A stretch of DNA of 64,000 nt from Octopus sinensis. Lineage: Eukaryota. Both the position numbers and the translations under genes were made by a program. The notes under the pieces were generated by a model. That model saw only the letters and a program-made list of their open reading frames with translations. It was not told the origin of the DNA and made no database searches. Location: the NCBI RefSeq assembly GCF_006345805.1, contig NC_043013.1:51274001-51338000 (forward strand). The letters are read 5' to 3'. Positions 14,181 through 25,370 of the stretch are shown here, in pieces; positions within the stretch are counted from its first letter, which is position 1, and the number at the start of each line of letters is the position of its first letter.

Positions 14181-14425
14181 ATGCAACTACCTCAATATGT
14201 GAATGAAAACAGTTTAGTGTTTGTCTGACAGAAGAGATCGTAGGGTCTAACTGCGTGCATGCAAAACATTGAGCACATTTCCTGAGATAGGCTGAGATAA
14301 GGCCTCCGTGACATACCAAATGTCTAAAGCAAGTATACCATGTCAGCAGCAATATGAAATGCTTTTATAAATGGCGTCACATAATAAATGCTTAAAATAT
14401 ATACATTTGATATTTTTTTCATCTG
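14181..14425 (+). repeat. Left arm of a 245-bp perfect inverted repeat
   Basis: Exact reverse complement of 16283-16527 by reading; ORF translations agree. Confidence 0.92.
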
Positions 14426-15470
14426 CTTTTCATATGCGTTAAATGCAAACGACAATGTTGAATGTGAATATCTGAAATTAAATAAGCATAAAAACTCTGT
14501 TAAAATATTGTTTAAACACTTTGAACTATGGAAAAAATTAGATAAAAGATTGCATGAGAAACCTAGAAAATTAAAAGCATGGAGAGAAATGTTTAACAAC
14601 AACGCGAAACCCAGAAAAAATAGAATCCCGAAACAACTACAAGTCAGAATAAAACACTTTATAAAGAGCAATGTATAAAGAAAAATTCATTCTACAAGCG
14701 TTATCTTTAAAATAACAAACAACGAGTCAAGATATTTTGAAAGATAACCTACTTTATCTGAAGGATAATAAGCTTAGTAATGGTTGCCAGAGAACTGATA
14801 CGTATTTCAATAATATTCAGTAACGTTCGCAAAATTAAGAGAATGGGTAATACTACTACTACTACTAATAATAATAATAATTTCCTTTAGTTGCCACCAG
14901 AACGAAAGATAAGGTGGGGCAATATTAATAATAATAATAATACGGGTTGGGAGAATGAAGCATGCACGGACGAAGATGATAATGACATATGTATGTGTAT
15001 ATATATATATATATGTGTATATATATATATGTATATATATATATGTATGTATGTGTATGTGTATATATATATATATATATATATAGGTAAATATACGTGT
15101 GTGTATGTGTGTGCATATTGATACTCGCTTGTGTATGTAATGTATTCATGTAAATACGTATACAAATATGTATATCTTCCTATAAATTTATGAATATATA
15201 TTCGTTAGCGAAGTTGTATATATGTATGTGTGTGTGTATGCGCATGCGTGCGTGAGCGTATCTCTGGTATATCATGTATCATATTTATAAAGGTTACAAC
15301 GTTTCTATTATGTTATATTTTTAAGCTCAAACGATAACCATCATATTATTATATACATATAGTTATATATAAAATATATATATATATATATATATATATG
15401 AATATTTAAATACACATACACACACAGAGGTATACATATATATAAATATTTAAATACACATACACACACA

Positions 15471-15510
<40 letters not shown>

Positions 15511-15646
15511 CATTTACACAGAGGTCATATTCATCAGTGTCGTTTGCATTTATCGCATATGAAAAACATATGAAAAGAAAATCAAATGTGTGTGTATATA
15601 TATGTATATATATATATATATATATAATATATATATATATATATAG

Positions 15647-15680
<34 letters not shown>

Positions 15681-16171
15681 TATATATATATGATAGCTGC
15701 AGGCTCGTATCGAGTATTGCCATCACCTGATCGAAAATCCCACACATTCGAAGGCTATGACCAGCCATTTTGCTGATAGGTCTTACTTTCCTATCCAAGC
15801 GATACCTGTACATGATGACTATTTATAGTGAGAAAAGGATTTGCACAAATCCAACCCTCTCTCTCAGCTTGAACAGCATAAACTCGAGAAGAAGAACTAA
15901 ACTGCATCATTGAATATTGTCAGTGTCGCAGGCTTTCTCCCAGTTTCCCTCTCCCAGAGAGATGTTGTGACAACAACAGAGGGGCTTCCCATTCCCAGGG
16001 GACCAACCGCGCGCCTGGACTACCTGGGTTGGTGTCCAGGTATTTCCACGTCCATGCGCATACATACATGTATAAATACACATGTACATATATCGTTGGA
16101 TGGACGTTGACTGCTCCTGAGATCTTGCTCCCTTTGATATATAGATATTAAATATTATATGTATATATTTA

Positions 16172-16680
16172 GGCGTAGGCATGGCTGTGTGGTAATAAGC
16201 TTACTTCCCAAACACGAGATTCTGGGTTCAGCTCCACTATGTGGCTTCTTGGATAAGTCTCTTATTCTAGTTTCGAGCCGACCAGATGAAAAAAATATCA
16301 AATGTATATATTTTAAGCATTTATTATGTGACGCCATTTATAAAAGCATTTCATATTGCTGCTGACATGGTATACTTGCTTTAGACATTTGGTATGTCAC
16401 GGAGGCCTTATCTCAGCCTATCTCAGGAAATGTGCTCAATGTTTTGCATGCACGCAGTTAGACCCTACGATCTCTTCTGTCAGACAAACACTAAACTGTT
16501 TTCATTCACATATTGAGGTAGTTGCATGGATTTGGTAGAAGGAAACAGAAAGAAACCCGTCCTGTGTGTGGCACGCGAGCGTCTTCATTTCTGTGTTTGT
16601 TTCCTACCAATAGGAACAGTGGGGTCGATATAATGGGTTTGCCCCTAACCGCAAACCTCTTGGCTTTTTGCCAAAAATTA
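16172..16680 (+). mobile_element. SINE family A split by the inverted 245-bp insertion (16283-16527)
   Basis: Head ends gagccgac(ca) and resumes at ggatttggtag. Confidence 0.85.
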
Positions 16681-17547
16681 GTAAGTATTATATTTCATTA
16701 CCACGATTTTTAAACTTTGTATAAATAAATCAAATCCAAAAATGTTTCCAGAATTGCGTGATCACATCTTCTGAATGAAGTGGTTAATATAAGTGTGTGT
16801 TGACGTATTGCATTAGAATCAAGCAGTTGTATTGTTATTGGTGCCGTTTGTTGGTGCTGCCATTACCTCGTAGGTTGAAAGATTTCATTGTTGTTTTGAT
16901 TCACTCGTCAACTGTTTTTGTTTGTTTGCGACAAGGGCATTCTTATCTGCGTGTTTATTTTGGAATTTTGCTGTCTTATTAAGATTTCTTTCAACATTGT
17001 TCGTCTCTGTCTTGTGGGAAATGTTACTTTTCAGGTTTATTTTATATTTTGTGGTGATAGTGCATTGCTATTGCTCATTATTGTTGTTGATGGTGATAAC
17101 GATAGTGATGCTGATGTGTTGCTCTAGTTCAGCTCTGATAGTCAGCCAAATAACAGTACGTAACTCACACTCACCTACTTACACAATGTCACCGTCTTGC
17201 CGAGTGCAACTATGAACACTAACGTACATTGAAGACCTCTAGGGATCCTTTTTCAATCTGTGCCTCCACAATATTACCGCGCCTCCACAACAGTGCCACG
17301 CCTCAACGAGAAACAAGTACGGACAACCTCATACACTGACATCACACTCTCTTCTCTTCACCATTTTCCGATTTAGGGTGGTATTTTTTCACCGACCCCG
17401 AAATAATGACAGAAAAAAGACCGCGATGCAATATGATCTCAAAATACCGATGTCGTAATAAATACTACAATGCATTCATTACTAACAACCCTGCCAATTC
17501 CGTAGTTTTCTAGTTTTGGGTAACTTATTTTGTTTAATACACTTCCA

Positions 17548-17814
17548 TATTTAAGACATGAGGAATTATGTAGATTATTTCTATTATTTACATAATGTAC
17601 ATTTGACAGATATTTGTCCTCATCTTGTTTGGTGTTAACACAACGTTTCAGCTGATATACTTTCCAGCCTTCATCAGGTGTCTTGGGGAGATTTCGAACC
17701 TGGGTTCTCATTCCTAAGGTATTTTTCGATATTATTATTCAGGTCACAGCCTGGAGTCGAACTCGGAATCTTGGGGTTAGTAGCCCGAGTTCTTAACCAC
17801 TACGCCATATGCCC
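17548..17814 (-). mobile_element. SINE family D: tRNA-Ser-like head plus hammerhead-containing tail
   Basis: A-box TGGCGTAGTGG (17797-17807), B-box GTTCGACTCC (17753-17762), GGG-CTACTAA-CCC anticodon-like arm, downstream hammerhead. Confidence 0.8.
17638..17681 (-). ncRNA. Minimal type-I hammerhead ribozyme, canonical core
   Basis: ACAC-CTGATGA-A-GGCTG...CAGCT-GAAAC-GT-T-GTGT; palindromic AACGTT stem III. Confidence 0.75.
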
Positions 17815-17858
17815 TTGATGAAGGCTGGAGGTGGGTATGTCAGCCGAAATGCTGTGTT
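17815..17858 (+). ncRNA. Inverted, degenerate second copy of the same hammerhead
   Basis: TTGATGAAGGCTGG...CAGCCGAAATGCTGTGTT; C3 is T, 5' stem I lost; downstream tail to 17906 mirrors 17585-17677. Confidence 0.55.
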
Positions 17859-17909
17859 AAACAAGATGAGGACAAATATCCGTCAAATGTAAATAATGTA
17901 AATAATACA

Positions 17910-18086
17910 GGCGCAGGAGTGGCTGTGTGGTAAGTAGCTTGCTAACCAACCATATGGTTCCGAGTTCAGTCCCACTGCGTGGCATCTTGGGCAAGTGTCT
18001 TCTGCTATAGCCCTGGGCCGACCAATGCCTTGTGAGTGGATTTGGTAGACGGAACCTGAAAGAAGCCTGTCGTATATATCTATCTA

Positions 18087-18153
<67 letters not shown>

Positions 18154-18395
18154 TGTGTGTTGTGTGTGTGTGTTTGTGTGTGTGTTTGTGTGTGTGTTTG
18201 ACCCCTTAGCATTGCTTGACAACCGATGCTGGTGTGTTTACGCCCCGTCACTTAGCGGTTCGGCAAAAGGAGACCGATAGAATAAGTACTGGACTTACAA
18301 AGAATAAGTCCCGGGGTCGATTTGCTCGACTAAAAGGCGGTGCTCCAGCATGGCCGCAGTCAAATGACTGAAACAAGTAAAAAAGTAAAGAGTAA
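17910..18395 (+). mobile_element. SINE family A, full length
   Basis: Near-identical to 7275-7724. Confidence 0.92.
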
Positions 18396-18683
18396 AACAA
18401 ATAATTTTATTTTGTTTATTTTTACTTTATATGTTTGGTGCAGTTTTGGTGCTTTGTGTTTGAGCTTCACAATCCATTCTGTGCAATCAAACTGACGTAT
18501 TTTATTTTACTGTGGAATTTATGGCTTATACGCATTTACGATTAGATTAATGCATGTAAGAATTTCTGATTATTTGTTTGGGATTGAAGAATTGTTTACG
18601 TTCTTAGAATCGTGGCTCTCTTTTCTTGGAAGAATTCTTTTTATATTGGTTTTCTGAAGTTTGTGAAAGGACTTTTGCCTTCT

Positions 18684-19067
18684 GGGAAGCACTCCGTCGG
18701 TTACGACGACGAGGGTTCCGGTTAATCCGATCAACAGAACAGCCTGCTCGTGAAATTAACGTGTAAGTGGCTGAGCACTCCACAGACACGTGTACCCTTA
18801 ACGTAGTTCTCGGGGATATTCAGCGTGACACAGAGAGTGACAAGGCCGGCCCTTTGAAATACAGGTACAACAGAAACAGGAAGTAAGAGTGAGAGAAAGT
18901 TGTGGTGAAAGAGTACAGCAGGGATCACCACCATCCCTGCCCGAGCCTCGTGAAGCTTTTAGGTGTTTTCGCTCAATAAACACTCACAACGCCCGGTCTG
19001 GGAATCGAAACCGCGATCCTACGACCGCGAGTCCGCTACCCTAACCACTGGGCCATTGCGCCTCCAC
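18684..19067 (-). mobile_element. SINE family C, head H2 + tail T1, 13-bp TSD
   Basis: TSD acttttgccttct at 18671-18683 and 19066-19078; A-box tggcccagtgg, B-box ggtttcgattcc. Confidence 0.9.
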
Positions 19068-19559
19068 TTTTGCCTTCTACAGTGATGTGAGAGCTCGTCA
19101 GACGATAACTGATATAATATCTGAAAAAAACCGAGGTACTGTTTGATAAATGATCCTCGAGCTAGGTGTGTCGGAGCAGAATGTTGATATTTGAAGAAAA
19201 AGCGGGTCATTCGGTCCTAAGATATTCCAGAGTTGACGAAAGAGCATCGGATGACCCCCTCCCCCAAGAAGCGGTGCTCTTCATGCCCCATATCCGTATC
19301 TCCGGATGATCCGATTCGACGGACGTGATCATTTATTCAGAAGCGAGAACAGTTTCCAGGGTTTCCACAAAGGTCTCCGGGCTCCTTTGCGCTTTCGCCG
19401 TTTCGCCTGACCACCACTACGATTATGATGCTGGAAACCCTTAGTGATGTGCATGAGTGATGGTTTGTGCTAATTAAGATATTAAAAGTTTTCGGATGTG
19501 GTAATATTTCACTCGCAGCTATTTATGGTTCATGTAGCATTTAAATAACCGGAAACGTG

Positions 19560-21592
19560 TAGATATGAATACTATACTCCAGAGTATCCTGGACTCAATA
19601 TGGGCAGCATGTGCAGCATCAGTGCCACGTAAACAAAAAAAGAAGAACCGCCCCAAAAGGGCAATTTGGGAAACTTCAGCGGTCCGACTTGCCAGGAAGG
19701 AACATCGGACTGCTGAACAGGAATACAAGTTGCATAAATCAGACACCAACAGGAAGAAGCGGAATAAATCCTCCAACCATCTCAAGCAAGTGACAAAAAA
19801 TGCAGTGCTTGAATTTGAACAGTGCATAGCAGCCAATCCTGACAGCAAGGTTTTCTGGAAATATGTGCATTCAAAGCAGAGACCTCACTCTCCAGTGGGC
19901 CCTCTTCGCAACCCTCACACGAACCAGATCACTGACGACCCCAAGGAATGCGCAGAACTCATTGCCGAGTGCTATGCAAACATATTCACTGTCGAAAGTC
20001 AAAATGTACCATCTTCACCATCACTAACAGCAAACTCCATAACAACTATGGAATTTACACTGCAATGCTGCGACGTCACCTTCAAAATAAGCACAACTAT
20101 GCCTCCCCTGGTCTCGATGGAGTTACATACCTGCTTCTCAAACGTGGCAGGCACTTCCTTTTACACTAGCTTTCTATTTTCTTCCAGTACTGTCTCAACA
20201 ATGGTGCTACTCCGGAGCAGTGGAAAACTGCCAGTGTCATTCCTCTGTTCAAAAAGGGTGACCGCACATCACCTGTCAACTATCGCCCAGTCAGTCTCAC
20301 TAGCTGTATTGCAAAACTGATGGAATCGTGTGTCAGAGAAACACTCTGGAACTTCTGGAGCTCTCACAGTCTCATCCGACCCTCACAATATGGATTTGTC
20401 CCTAACTCCAGCTGCAGTGACCAGCTTGTCGAGTTCCTTGAGGACATTACTCAAATCACTGACAGTGGCTCATGGGTGGATGTTGTCTACCTTGACTTTG
20501 CTAAGGCTTTCAACTCTGTGCCACACAAAAGGCTTATGGTGAAACTCTCTGCAATGGTGTGGGGGGATGACCTTTTTAACTGGTTGAAATCCTTCATCCT
20601 CAGCCGAAAGGAGGTAGTCACAGTTCTAGGACAGCACTCTACACCATATGAGATGTCATCGGGTGTACCACAGGGATCTGTCCTTGGTCCCCTCCTGTTT
20701 GTGGCATACATTAATGACATAGATGCCAATTTAAAGAATGCCACAGTATTGAAATATGCAGACGACATCAAGCTGTACCTTGAAATCAAGAGGACTGATC
20801 CTGATGTCTACAACTCTTTCCTGCAATCAGACCTAGACACAATGCAGCAATGGATCACAGACTGGCAACTGAAACTGGCTGTGGACAAGTGTACCACCAT
20901 GCATTTTGGGAGAAAAAACCCTGCGTCCACATACTCCCTCCACAACACTGATATCAAGAAATCCTCTTGCGAGCGTGATTTGCGTTGGACAAAGCATATC
21001 TCTAAAATTGTCAAGAAGGCCGAGGGTGTCTTGGCATCACTCAGCAAGACTTTTGTTAGCCGCTCTCCAGCCATCTATTTAAAACTGTATACAGCTATGG
21101 TCCGACCACACTTGGAATTCGCATCATCAGTTTGGAATCCCTATCTTGCTCAGAACATTGACCTCCTGGAATCTGTCCAGAGACGTGCAACCAAACGCAT
21201 ACCCTCCATCAGACACCTACCATATTCTGAGCGCCTTGTTTCCCTGGGCATGGATTCACTGAAGCTCCGGCGTCTGGCGACGGACTTGGTAAGCACCCAC
21301 AAGGTTATCAACCACCTCACCAACAACAACACTGAACACCTTTTTGATCTCCATGTGTCTAACACACGTGGACATGCCTACAAAGTCAGAAAACAGCACA
21401 GCTCCCATGACTTTCGGAAACATTTTTTCACGCTCAGGGTTGCTGAAGCGTGGAATAAACTGCCTGCATCAGTTGTTGACTGCCATGACACTGCATCCTT
21501 TAAGGCCCTCATGCTTCCCGAAACCCGTCGAAACTACACCTGATTATATATACACTTTAGATGAGTTGTAGTGCACCTGAGCACTGTACACA

Positions 21593-21631
<39 letters not shown>
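19560..21631 (+). mobile_element. 5'-truncated CR1-clade LINE with (ATT)n tail
   Basis: PGLDGV, W..A.VIPLFKKGDR...NYRPVSLTS, RT motifs, C-terminal TRGH..K..RKHFF..RV...WN.LP; frameshift near 20090 and stop at 20167. Confidence 0.93.
20320..21543 (+). pseudogene. CR1 reverse transcriptase open segment (407 aa), part of a disrupted ORF2
   Basis: QYGF, YLDFAKAFNSVPH, GVPQGSVLGPLLF, YADD at 20755-20766; small deletion after ERDL. Confidence 0.9.
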
Positions 21632-21632
<1 letters not shown>

Positions 21633-22083
21633 CATTGAAATGTCTGCCAATGATGAAGTTTGCTAGAGTTTAAAGTGTTGAAGTTATGGGACAATTGGAA
21701 GGGAATTGTGATCGGGTAATTAAAGGTAGTAATTAGATTGTCAATGTTTCCACCAAATGTTTACATTAAGTCGATCTTGTCTGTTTAATACTCAAGCAAT
21801 TAATGCTAATATAGAGGGGGGGGGGTTAGGTCAGTTGGACACGTGACTGCTAAAGATGGGAGGGTCATCTCTCGATTCTCTATCTTCACCGTTGTCATCG
21901 CTATCTTCATCATGGTAGTTGTAGTTGCCGTGGTAACAGCTGTGGCGCTGGTGGTTACGTTCGCGGTGATGCTGCAGATGGTGGTGATATTTCCCCACAC
22001 TGCCTTCAAAATAAATTCGTGCATACATGCATACACACATACACGCGCACACACACATATATGTATATGTATATATTTATGTA

Positions 22084-22126
<43 letters not shown>

Positions 22127-22133
22127 TATATAT

Positions 22134-23833
22134 AATAATAGAAATATTAAAATTACTAAGTCTCTCTAAAAGAGAACAACGGCAGCGTTCCCGGAAAATA
22201 TTAGTTATCGCCATACTAATATGGCATTCTTATAAAAATAAGAAAAAAGCTGACCGCTTATTAGCTCCATGAGGCCATCGCCTTAAGTTAGCTATTTGAT
22301 ACACAATCTGTATCCATATAACCTTTGAACAAGGGAGGTCAGTCGCTCCACACTACTTGGCCGGCAGCTACAGACGCGTTTCGGGGTATTGCCCCTTTTC
22401 AATGCAGCGTAGCCAAACCAGTAGGTGTCGCTTCCGACAATCTCTGTTCAAAGGTTTTATTTACCTAGCTTCGGTGGAATACATCCACTTGTTTTCAATA
22501 ATAGAAATATTAAAATTACTAAGTCTCTCTAAAAGAGAACAACGGCAGCGTTCCCGGAAAATATTAGTTATCGCCATACTAATATGGCATTCTTATAAAA
22601 ATAAGAAAAAAGCTGACCGCTTATTAGCTCCATGAGGCCATCGCCTTAAGTTAGCTATTTGATACACAATCTGTATCCATATAACCTTTGAACAAGGGAG
22701 GTCAGTCGCTCCACACTACTTGGCCGGCAGCTACAGACGCGTTTCGGGGTATTGCCCCTTTTCAATGCAGCGTAGCCAAACCAGTAGGTGTCGCTTCCGA
22801 CAATCTCTGTTCAAAGGTTTTATTTACCTAGCTTCGGTGGAATACATCCACTTGTTTTCAATAATAGAATATAAAATTACTAAGTCTCTCTAAAAGAGAA
22901 CAACGGCAGCGTTCCCGGAAAATATTAGTTATCGCCATACTAATATGGCATTCTTATAAAAATAAGAAAAAAGCTGACCGCTTATTAGCTCCATGAGGCC
23001 ATCGCCTTAAGTTAGCTATTTGATACACAATCTGTATCCATATAACCTTTGAACAAGGGAGGTCAGTCGCTCCACACTACTTGGCCGGCAGCTACAGACG
23101 CGTTTCGGGGTATTGCCCCTTTTCAATGCAGCGTAGAGAGACTTAGTAATTTTAATATTTCTATTATTGAAAACAAGTGGATGTATTCCACCGAAGCTAG
23201 GTAAATAAAACCTTTGAACAGAGATTGTCGGAAGCGACACCTACTGGTTTGGCTACGCTGCATTGAAAAGGGGCAATACCCCGAAACGCGTCTGTAGCTG
23301 CCGGCCAAGTAGTGTGGAGCGACTGACCTCCCTTGTTCAAAGGTTATATGGATACAGATTGTGTATCAAATAGCTAACTTAAGGCGATGGCCTCATGGAG
23401 CTAATAAGCGGTCAGCTTTTTTCTTATTTTTATAAGAATGCCATATTAGTATGGCGATAACTAATATTTTCCGGGAACGCTGCCGTTGTTCTCTTTTAGA
23501 GAGACTTAGTAATTTTAATATTTCTATTATTGAAAACAAGTGGATGTATTCCACCGAAGCTAGGTAAATAAAACCTTTGAACAGAGATTGTCGGAAGCGA
23601 CACCTACTGGTTTGGCTACGCTGCATTGAAAAGGGGCAATACCCCGAAACGCGTCTGTAGCTGCCGGCCAAGTAGTGTGGAGCGACTGACCTCCCTTGTT
23701 CAAAGGTTATATGGATACAGATTGTGTATCAAATAGCTAACTTAAGGCGATGGCCTCATGGAGCTAATAAGCGGTCAGCTTTTTTCTTATTTTTATAAGA
23801 ATGCCATATTAGTATGGCGATAACTAATATTTT
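22134..23833. mobile_element. Retrozyme/Penelope-like 363-bp tandem array with a central inversion, flanked by (TA)n
   Basis: Forward units start 22134, 22497, 22860; switch at 23134-23136; inverted units start 23169, 23532; near-identical copies. Confidence 0.85.
22368..22412 (-). ncRNA. Hammerhead-like motif with non-canonical core (copies: 22731-22775 and 23092-23136 minus; 23253-23297 and 23616-23660 plus)
   Basis: CTACG-CTGCATTGAAAA-GGGG-CAATA-CCCC-GAAAC-GC-GT-C-TGTAG. Confidence 0.6.
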
Positions 23834-23869
23834 ATATATATATATATGTATATATATGTATATATATGT

Positions 23870-24530
23870 ATGTTTATGTCAGGTCACTTTCGAGTGCTAC
23901 TGGTAACATGTAACCCAGTACAACCTGTTGTATGGTCGGGCTGTCGGCGACTAAACCGGCAGCCCCACCAAGCTTGCTTGGTGAGGAGGGGATGTATTGG
24001 ACACCCTGCGGGATAAAAAACAAAACCCATCAAAGAGCGGAGAAACTCTTGAGAGTGAACGGCCATCCAATAAATGTCTTAAGGCTGTATCATGCGCGGG
24101 AACATAGAAATAATCGGACTGAATAGCCGATCGCGCGGTTAAACCATTGGGAGTGAAGGACTCCTAGCCTTTGTTAGGGCATCCTTCTAGGAGAAGGTAA
24201 CTTAGGTAACTAGGATTACTCCGACATAAAACCTGCAGCTCAGTGGTTACCGATGATGTTGACTTGCTCTTCTTTTCGGATTATGGCTGCTGTTGGCTTA
24301 GTGAGTGAGATTGATTCAGTGCACAGCCTTTCCTCACTTTAAAACAATCTTCTTGCACAGGCATTGCACGATAACAACATTGTTCATGATTGTTGATGGT
24401 GCTGTGAGTCTCAACTGAATGGCTGGCTGTAGCCTTAAAAAGCAAATAAAAGTCACATTCGATCTCAGCACCAGTAACAGTTAAGCTTCGTGCAATGGCC
24501 ATACTCGATAACGAGGGGGCAGCCATCATC
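23870..24530 (+). mobile_element. Repeat resembling an RTE LINE 5' UTR, flanked by (TA)n
   Basis: agggcatccttctaggagaaggtaac resembles the RTE 5'-UTR motif ggcaaccagtctaggagaaggaaaac (recalled); several short hairpins. Confidence 0.45.
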
Positions 24531-24543
24531 ATATATATGTATG

Positions 24544-24593
<50 letters not shown>

Positions 24594-24814
24594 TATATTA
24601 TATATATATAATATATATGGATGTGTGCATGTGTGTGTGTGTGTATATATAAATGTGTGTGTGTGTATATATATATGAGTGTGTGTGTTTGTAGACGTTT
24701 GGCTATTAATGTATTCTACACGCAATATTGTACATGTAATATCCCATTCCAAACATATACATACGTATCTGTATGTTTTTATATATATATATATATATAT
24801 AATTATATATATAT

Positions 24815-25248
24815 ATAATTTCAACAATTGAGGGTAAAATTAATTAATTAATCAATTTCACCAAGTGTTCAGTATGCAAAGGGACCATTTAAGGCGAATT
24901 CAAATTATTACATTATATAAAAGGGCTTAGTAAAATAAATTACTTTGCCGCATACTGAACTCATTAGAAATAGCAGCTAAAAAAACATTTATAAAACTAT
25001 TTCTAATACTTAAAGAAAACCTCTCTCATATAGTGTTTGCTCAATTCAACTCACGAAAGTATGGGGGGTAGAGACATTAAAAAAATCAAATGCAAAGGTT
25101 ATTTGAGAACGTACGTTTCAAGATTAGTCAAACTCGACATTTCTATCATCAGCTCAGAACTCCCTGGTTTGGATTTGAAAACACTGAAAGTGGGAGCATA
25201 CCCCTTCGGCCTCTTATCGCTTCTGAAGATCCGCTCGTAACTAATATA

Positions 25249-25250
<2 letters not shown>
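24815..25250 (-). mobile_element. (TA)n-flanked ~435-bp element carrying a hammerhead motif
   Basis: Sharp (TA)n boundaries; 11-bp IR gttcagtatgc 24867-24877 / 24950-24960. Confidence 0.6.
25104..25156 (-). ncRNA. Minimal type-I hammerhead, canonical core
   Basis: TGAG-CTGATGA-(AGA..GTC/GAC..TCT imperfect stem II)-GAAAC-GTAC-GT-T-CTCA; palindromic ACGTACGT. Confidence 0.65.
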
Positions 25251-25287
<37 letters not shown>

Positions 25288-25315
25288 CACACACAGACAC
25301 ATATATATGCACGTG

Positions 25316-25370
<55 letters not shown>

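Noticed and set aside
14388-14678. 96-aa ORF resembling a secreted basic peptide
   Set aside because: Comparison with its diverged inverted copy (~15521-15600) shows 6 non-synonymous versus 2 synonymous differences over 65 nt, so no coding constraint; the start lies inside the duplicated segment.
16720-17430. Unique GT-rich stretch considered as an exon or Penelope ORF
   Set aside because: No recognisable motif, stops in the plausible frames, no clear splice context.
17742-17814. Functional tRNA gene (also the heads at 34196, 18990-19067, 38920-38997)
   Set aside because: A/B boxes are present but there is no complete acceptor stem, and each continues into SINE body sequence.
22134-23833. 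CRISPR array or repeated small genes (MAGSYRRVSG... ORFs)
   Set aside because: Units are identical end to end with no unique spacers and no cas genes; the ORFs use non-ATG starts and merely recur with the repeat.
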